From positions 1,376,001 to 1,440,000 of the forward strand of contig CAXXLQ010000004.1 in NCBI GenBank assembly GCA_963668695.2: a stretch of 64,000 nt of DNA, given 5' to 3'. The notes under the pieces were generated by a model that saw only the letters and a program-made list of their open reading frames with translations, was not told where the DNA came from and searched no databases. The translations under genes were made by a program, and so were the position numbers. Of the stretch, positions 58,368 to 64,000 are shown piece by piece (within the stretch, counting starts at the first letter, position 1; the number at the start of each line of letters is the position of its first letter). The DNA comes from Vicinamibacteria bacterium (GTDB lineage: Bacteria > Acidobacteriota > Vicinamibacteria > Marinacidobacterales > Marinacidobacteraceae).

Positions 58368-59210
58368 ATGACGAAAAAGGCACAGACGACAATCTGGCTC
58401 GTGGCGGCGGTTCTCGTCGCGCCGGCGGCGTTCGCGCAGGACCGGGGGCGCTGTGAATTCCAGGACATCCGGGAGTTGAGCGGTCCGGCTGCCGGGACCC
58501 TGGCAGTGAAGAGCGGGGCCGGCGCCGTCGAGATTCGGGGTGAGCCCGGGCTTGACGAGTTTCGGGTTGTCGCCACGCTCTGCGCTTCCGATCAGGAGCG
58601 GCTCGACGGCCTTTCCGTATCCCTTGAAGGGGGCCGGCTTGACACCAGGTACCCGAAACAGCGCTGGGGATGGGGAAGGAACTACGCGAGCATTGCTCTG
58701 ACGGTCCGGGTTCCGGCCGCCACCGCCATCGAGCTGGAAGACGGGTCGGGATCGGTCAAGGTCTCGGACGTGGGATGGGTCTCGGTGGATGACGGGTCCG
58801 GAAGCCTTGAAATTCGTGGCGCCCGGGGTGATGTCCGGGTGGAAGACGGATCCGGCAGCCTCAGGATCGAGGACATCACCGGGGATGTCGCCGTGGACGA
58901 TGGCTCCGGGAGCCTCACGATTCGCAACGTCTCGGGCAATGTCTCGGTGGACGACGGGTCCGGCGGTCTCGACGTGCGTGCGGTCACCGGAAACGTGCTG
59001 GTGAGCGACGACGGATCGGGCAGTATTGAGATCGAGGAAGTCGGCGGGGGGGTGCGAATCAGCGATCCCGGTTCGGGGGGAATCTCGGTTCGTGATGTCG
59101 AAGGCGATCTGACGGTTCGTGGAACGCGGAGGTCGCGGATCGACTACCACGACATCCGGGGCGAACTGGATCTGCCCCCGGAGCGCCGTCGGGGCAGAGA
59201 CCGGCGCTAA
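58368..59210 (+). CDS. DUF4097-type beta-strand repeat (putative adhesin) secreted protein
   Basis: Signal peptide; seven (E/D)DGSG-type repeats of about 19 aa. Confidence 0.82.
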   Translation: MTKKAQTTIWLVAAVLVAPAAFAQDRGRCEFQDIRELSGPAAGTLAVKSGAGAVEIRGEPGLDEFRVVATLCASDQERLDGLSVSLEGGRLDTRYPKQRWGWGRNYASIALTVRVPAATAIELEDGSGSVKVSDVGWVSVDDGSGSLEIRGARGDVRVEDGSGSLRIEDITGDVAVDDGSGSLTIRNVSGNVSVDDGSGGLDVRAVTGNVLVSDDGSGSIEIEEVGGGVRISDPGSGGISVRDVEGDLTVRGTRRSRIDYHDIRGELDLPPERRRGRDRR

Positions 59211-59289
59211 CTCGCCCTCATCCAGCCAAGGGCTGCGGAGCGCGCGACGCCATCCGTTTCCGGCGGCCGAGTTCCGCCACCAACGCGCT

Positions 59290-59895
59290 CTACCGACGCA
59301 AAGCGGCGCGGCCGCGAACCAGATCTTCCAGATCGTCGAGCTGGTGCGAGGCCTCGCTGCCGGTGCCGCTGGATGCCGCCTGGATCGGAAACAGCAGCGT
59401 CAGGTCGCCGTCTTCCCCCCGTGAGAGGGGCATCTTGCCTTCGGGTCCCCCGAGGACCGAGGGCAGGCGTCCGCGGGTGCCCCGCAGGAAGACCACAGTT
59501 TCCTCGCCCACCCGGAAGTGCGGCATCTCGGAGACCATGACGGTGGTTTCTCCGACGGTGCCGCCCGGGATACGGAACACGATCTGCCTGCCAGCCTGAC
59601 CGGACAGCACCCGCTCGACCCGCATCGTGACCCGGGTGTAGATGCGCGAATGGTCGTGGTTCCAGGTTGACTCCATCTTCTCGATGGTGCCCGCGACCAC
59701 CTGGGTGGCCAGTTCGGACATCTTTGCGATTCCGAGTGGTGCGAACGGTGACGGAATGAGCCCTTGCCGCTGCGCTGCGACAGCCGCGGGAATGACGAGC
59801 ATGGTCAGCACCACGGCGGCCGCTGTCGCTCCAGGCCCCACCGCGCCCCGAGGAGCGTCGAGTTCCGGGGATGAGGTGGATGGGTGGGTGGTCAT
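59290..59895 (-). CDS. Hypothetical secreted protein
   Basis: Signal peptide; VV.G.I....S.W....IYT..T..VERVL.G...PGG.VG......P.F..GE..VVFL, resembling N-terminal domains found before matrixin-like proteases. Confidence 0.65.
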   Translation of the reverse strand: MTTHPSTSSPELDAPRGAVGPGATAAAVVLTMLVIPAAVAAQRQGLIPSPFAPLGIAKMSELATQVVAGTIEKMESTWNHDHSRIYTRVTMRVERVLSGQAGRQIVFRIPGGTVGETTVMVSEMPHFRVGEETVVFLRGTRGRLPSVLGGPEGKMPLSRGEDGDLTLLFPIQAASSGTGSEASHQLDDLEDLVRGRAALRR

Positions 59896-60336
59896 CGGCG
59901 TTCCTCAGTGGACGTTGCAGGTCGGAGTCTCGCACTCCGTGCGGACGCGGAGCGAGTGCCATCCCCGAGGATGACAGCCAGGATCGCGACGACTGCAGCT
60001 TGGACGCGCGGACTGCCTTCACGCTGGTTGATGCTCGTTGGACATCGCATTGGTCGCACTCGCACTCAATCCCGTTCCGCCCGATAGGGCAGGGTACGGG
60101 AGCAAGACAACTCCGTGCCAGGGGAGCGGGGGACTGGGTGGCTCTTGCTGCAACCGCGGTGCGCTTTTTGGGGGACGCGGGTGGTGCGGGTTTGACCTAC
60201 CTCCGGGGCTCCCGTCCGGGCGGAGCTGTCCGGCACGGATGGCGGCCCCGGGGAACAGTTGCTGCGCGGCTCGATCCCGCTGCCGCGGGGCCGGGTGGCC
60301 GGCGAGGAATCGCCAGCCACCCCGCAGGGTGCTTAA

Positions 60337-60515
60337 CAGCCTGTGGCAAAACCCACGCGGCGTTCGACCGGCGATGCATCCCGGCTGAACCGCGTCGCTT
60401 CGCGCCGCTCATCGTTGCGTTTCGGTCGAAATACGCCCGGTATTCCTCCCTCACGCGCCTCGTCAGCCGGGCGCCTCGCCGGTCTCGGCGCTCACGTGGG
60501 TTTCACCACCGGCTG
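60337..60515 (+). mobile_element. MITE copy M6, insert-free 179-bp reference
   Basis: ttaa-cagcctgtgg...ccaccggctg-tta; abuts the TBDR5 stop codon. Confidence 0.93.
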
Positions 60516-63389
60516 TTAGAAAGTCAGGCGGAGACCGATCTTGGCCGCGCGCGGGTCGAGCGCGGCAATCACGTCGTTGTAGCTGGAGCCGGTACGGAGG
60601 TTGAAGTTCGTGACCGCGTTGGAGTTCAGGGCGTTGTACACGTCCACCATCGCGGTGAGGAGCTGTCCGTTTCCGAGCTCGAACGCCTTTTCGATACGGA
60701 AGTCCGCGAGCGTGACCGCTTCCGAGCGGTTTTCATCGAGGTTCGAGAGGAAGATCGCCTGAGTACCGGATCCCGGGATCGAGACCCGCTGGATCGGGGC
60801 CCAGGGCCAGCCGCTCTGGTAGCGCACGTTGCCGGACAACGCCACACCGTAGGGCAGTGTGTAGCGGGCGAGCAGCCGTCCGTTCCAGTTCGTGGTCTCC
60901 TGGCGGAAGGGCACGTCGAGGCTGTGGTTTTGCCAGATCGTGCCGTGGCCGTCGGATCCGACGTCGATCGGGTCTGCCGTCAGCGGGCTGCGCGATTCGC
61001 CTGACGCGGCGCGGTACTCGTCACGCCACTGGTAGTCGAAACTCGCCTGCACGAAGAAGCCGCCGGTGAACCGCCGGTTCGCGGCGATCTGGAACGTGTC
61101 GTAACTGGCCGTCATGTCCGGGAAGGTGTCGGTCTGGATGTCAACCGCATCTGCGACATCGTTCGGCACGCGCTGCACGTTGATCGGCGCCCCGGTCAGG
61201 GCGTTGGTCGGGCACTCGAAGTCCGTGCCGCAGGAGATGCCGCGGCCGTCGAGCAGGGCGGTCTGCTGCGGGACGTTCCACTGGCCGCTGTCCGCATTGA
61301 GCTGCTTGCGCACGAAGGACGCCCGGAACGCGGTGTCGGCGACGAGTTCGTGTTCGAAGGAGACGCTGAACTCGTCCACGTATTCCTTTTGGAGGTCCGG
61401 GTTCACCGGGGTCCCCACCGTGCGGAGCGTGGTGCCGGTGGCGCCGCTGGTGGCCCGGATGGTGCCGAGTTCCTGCGCGCTGTCATAGAGCCCGTTCGCG
61501 TTCTGGTCGAGGAAATCGAACCGGACCCAGGCCACGTTCGCCGGGTCGGCGCGACGGTGCCCGTCAGCCAGGTTCATGTAGTACCGGCCGTAATGGCCTT
61601 TCAGCACCGTTCCCGGGGCGATCTCATAGGTCGCGCCCAGGCGCGGCGCCCAGGTGTTCCAGGTGACGACGGTCTGCCCCTCGGTCACGCCGGTCGGGAA
61701 GAAGTCGGCGAACAGCGGGTTCGACTCCGAGTCCAGGAAGTGGGTCCGCTGCTGCCCGAAGCGCACTCCGATGTTCAGCGTGAGGCGGGCATGCGGCCGC
61801 CAGGTGTCCTGCGCGAACAAATCGTGGTGAGTGTTCCGCGAATCGGCGTTGATCTGGCCGTCGGCGGGCATGCTGAACAGCGCGATCTGATCCACATCGT
61901 TTGGTCGTCCCTGGGTGCTGTCGTCAATGTAACGAACATGGCCGGAGTTCGAGTTGGCCCCGAACTTCCGGCTGTCGATCTGGAAGTCGTAGCCGACCTT
62001 GAAGTCGTGGCTGCCCAGGAACTCGGGAACGTAGTGGTCGGCTGTCGCGGTCACCTGCGGCTTCCAGCGCTCGAAGGTGAACGGCGGCGTGCCGGTGACG
62101 TTGGTGTTCCAGCCCGCTCCGGTGTGGATGCCGGTCGCCTGATCGAAGCGGGGCGGGTTCGACTCCGGGTCCACCGCCGGCACCATCGGCCAGCCGAACC
62201 CGAAGTGCTTGACGGCCAGGGTTGTGAAGGTGCGGTCGTCCCAAACGCGCTGCCACTCGCCCTTGTGCGCCCAACTCCAGCTTGCCTGGGCCAGAATCGA
62301 GTCCGGGCCGATCGTGTTCGAAAGGCTGCGCTGGGGCTTTTCCTTCAGTTGGTAGTTCGAGTAGGCGATGAGCTGATCCCGGCTCGTCAACTGGGCAGTC
62401 ACCTTGCCGCCGAATTGATCGAAGTCGCCCAGATCGGTGGCCAAGTTCGGATCCACTCCCGAAACCTGCTTGTCGATCCGGAAATGGTTGTAGAACCCGT
62501 AGAACCACGCTCGATCTTCGACGATCGGTCCGCCGAGGTCGGCGTGCGCTTCCCAGAAGAGCAGGTTCGGATTGCCGGTGAAGTTGCGGGCTTCGAGCTC
62601 GCTGTCCACGTTGTTGCCGACGAAGCTCGCGTGCTCGTAGTCACCGTGGATCAGGCTGCTGAACTCGTTGCCGCCGCTCTTCATGGTCATGATGACCATC
62701 GAACCGGGCCCGGTCATCTCGACATCCGATCCGGCGGCCGAAGTGGTGAATTCCTCGATGGAGTAGTAGTCGAAATAGAAGCCGGTGCCGCTCTCGCCCT
62801 CGGTGGTGTCCACGCCGTCGGCGAGGATCCGGTTCTGACGGCGGATACCGAAGCTCTCGTAACCCGTCTGCTGGCTCTTGTGGCTGCCGCCGACGTCATA
62901 GCCGCGCATCCGGACGCCCGGAGTCTGGGCGAGCACCGCCCAGACATCGGTCGCCGAGGGCACCTCGTGGAGGGCCTCGGTTCCGAAGTGCGTGGAGAGC
63001 GCCGTGGTGCGGACGTCCACGACCGGCGCCTCACCGGTGACCGTCACGGTTTCGGCGACGGTGGCTACGTCGAGCGTCGCCGGGACGGTGATGGTGCGGT
63101 TGCCTTCGACGATGATGCCCTCGCGCAGGAGGGTCTGGAATCCAGCGATCTCGAACCTGAGGTCATAGGCGCCGCGGCGGAGCGAACGGAACCGGTAGGA
63201 GCCGTCGCTCAAGGTAACGGCCGTCTGTCCGGTGATGAGAGCCTCACCGGAGAGGGTGACGGCCGCTCCCGGTATCGCGAGGCCCTGTGAGTCGGTGACC
63301 CGGCCCTCGATTTCTCCGGCGGTCTGGCCGAAGGCAGTGAAGCCGGCCATGACCGTGAAGGCGAGTGCCAGCAGGATGAGTCGTTTCAT
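60516..63389 (-). CDS. Oar-like TonB-dependent receptor (TBDR5, most divergent)
   Basis: Same architecture; YDVGGSHKSQQ plug motif; ends RLTF. Confidence 0.9.
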   Translation of the reverse strand: MKRLILLALAFTVMAGFTAFGQTAGEIEGRVTDSQGLAIPGAAVTLSGEALITGQTAVTLSDGSYRFRSLRRGAYDLRFEIAGFQTLLREGIIVEGNRTITVPATLDVATVAETVTVTGEAPVVDVRTTALSTHFGTEALHEVPSATDVWAVLAQTPGVRMRGYDVGGSHKSQQTGYESFGIRRQNRILADGVDTTEGESGTGFYFDYYSIEEFTTSAAGSDVEMTGPGSMVIMTMKSGGNEFSSLIHGDYEHASFVGNNVDSELEARNFTGNPNLLFWEAHADLGGPIVEDRAWFYGFYNHFRIDKQVSGVDPNLATDLGDFDQFGGKVTAQLTSRDQLIAYSNYQLKEKPQRSLSNTIGPDSILAQASWSWAHKGEWQRVWDDRTFTTLAVKHFGFGWPMVPAVDPESNPPRFDQATGIHTGAGWNTNVTGTPPFTFERWKPQVTATADHYVPEFLGSHDFKVGYDFQIDSRKFGANSNSGHVRYIDDSTQGRPNDVDQIALFSMPADGQINADSRNTHHDLFAQDTWRPHARLTLNIGVRFGQQRTHFLDSESNPLFADFFPTGVTEGQTVVTWNTWAPRLGATYEIAPGTVLKGHYGRYYMNLADGHRRADPANVAWVRFDFLDQNANGLYDSAQELGTIRATSGATGTTLRTVGTPVNPDLQKEYVDEFSVSFEHELVADTAFRASFVRKQLNADSGQWNVPQQTALLDGRGISCGTDFECPTNALTGAPINVQRVPNDVADAVDIQTDTFPDMTASYDTFQIAANRRFTGGFFVQASFDYQWRDEYRAASGESRSPLTADPIDVGSDGHGTIWQNHSLDVPFRQETTNWNGRLLARYTLPYGVALSGNVRYQSGWPWAPIQRVSIPGSGTQAIFLSNLDENRSEAVTLADFRIEKAFELGNGQLLTAMVDVYNALNSNAVTNFNLRTGSSYNDVIAALDPRAAKIGLRLTF

Positions 63390-63528
63390 TGGGAAGTTTT
63401 CTCCTTGGTTTGTTGGAAAAGCGGCCTCGCGCCTCGCGTCTGGGGTGGAACCGGTGTTTCTTGAATTCGCGTGGTTTCCGGGGCCCGGGGCGGTCGCGGC
63501 GCATTGCCGTGCATGTCCTAAAGAAGGC

Positions 63529-63543
63529 GCAAGGGATGCGCCC
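63529..63543 (-). promoter_or_regulatory. Putative sigma54 promoter of TBDR5
   Basis: GGGCGCATCCCTTGC (GG-N10-GC), 140 nt upstream of the start. Confidence 0.5.
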
Positions 63544-63744
63544 GGGTCCTGGGCGTCCGGCCAACAGCCGTGCGGAGTGGGGATCCCCTGGTACCGGTCA
63601 TAAACCCCTCCGAACGGCGCCGACTCGGACGCTCCGGTGTTCCGAATCCCGTATCCAGCGCGCCGGTCCGATTCAGGAATCCCCGCCGCGATTCATCGCC
63701 CCGGAGCGCACCGCACCTGTTTTCTGAACACCCGGACGCCCTAA

Positions 63745-64000
63745 CAGCCGGTGGTGGAACCCAGGCGGCGTTCGACCGGCGATGCATCCCGGCCAAACAG
63801 CCTGTGATGAAACCCGCGCGGCCCAGTTTTCCCGGTGGGGGCTCGGCCGGCGATTCATCCCGGCTGAACCGCGTCGCTTCGCGCCGCTCATCGTTGCGTT
63901 TCGGTCGGAATACACCCGGGCCAGTTCTCCCGGTGGGGGCTCCTCCCTCACGCGCCTTGTCAGCCGGGCCCCCACCGGGAGGACTGGCCCCACCGGGAGA
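63745..64000 (+). mobile_element. Nested MITEs M7a (63745-63797) and M7b (63798 to edge), with four 18-bp inserts
   Basis: Two successive left ends; 18-mers at 63823, 63921, 63970 and 63988 (truncated). Confidence 0.88.

Noticed and set aside
60106-60120. sigma54 promoter TGGCACGGAGTTGTC upstream of the 59-60 kb genes
   Set aside because: Good -24 box, but the -12 element is off by one base and lacks GC; sigma54 spacing is strict.
63600-63740. Additional palindromic element or riboswitch upstream of TBDR5
   Set aside because: Only a short imperfect inverted repeat in a single copy; no recognisable riboswitch consensus.
1-64000. tRNA, rRNA, prophage or integrase genes
   Set aside because: None recognised by eye; a covariance-model scan was not possible.

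Overview
GC-rich bacterial chromosomal segment. It is most likely Acidobacteriota, inferred from a GWxTD protein, several carboxypeptidase-regulatory-domain/TonB-dependent (Oar-like) receptors and CRTAC1(ASPIC/UnbV)+TPR pairs. The left third is mostly housekeeping and metabolic: rpiA, an osmoprotectant ABC transporter, Phd-VapC, polA, an ADP-ribosylglycohydrolase/CoA-transferase/SDR/aminotransferase/HAD operon, ogt and a cyclophilin. The middle holds a GWxTD/TPR/CRTAC1 module, a split two-permease MacB-type ABC system, tandem M20 lipoproteins with non-canonical metal ligands, and DUF885-like and His/Met-rich lipoproteins. 36.9-41.9 kb is a toxin-antitoxin cluster containing a chimeric IS21. 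42-63.4 kb is a co-oriented envelope locus (CRTAC1, TPR, three tandem TonB-dependent receptors, a heptaheme cytochrome-TPR and an NHL/PAL-like lipoprotein) plus a fifth receptor. All five receptor paralogues have a sigma54-type -24/-12 motif upstream (one is degenerate). The most unusual signal is non-coding. A 179-bp MITE (8 copies or part-copies) sits at stop codons and inside istB. It is itself invaded at five different internal sites by an 18-bp element (CCAGTTCTCCCGGTGGGG, 12 copies, no target duplication) and, in one copy, by a 5x90-bp tandem array. All calls come from reading the sequence and ORF track only; no database searches were run.
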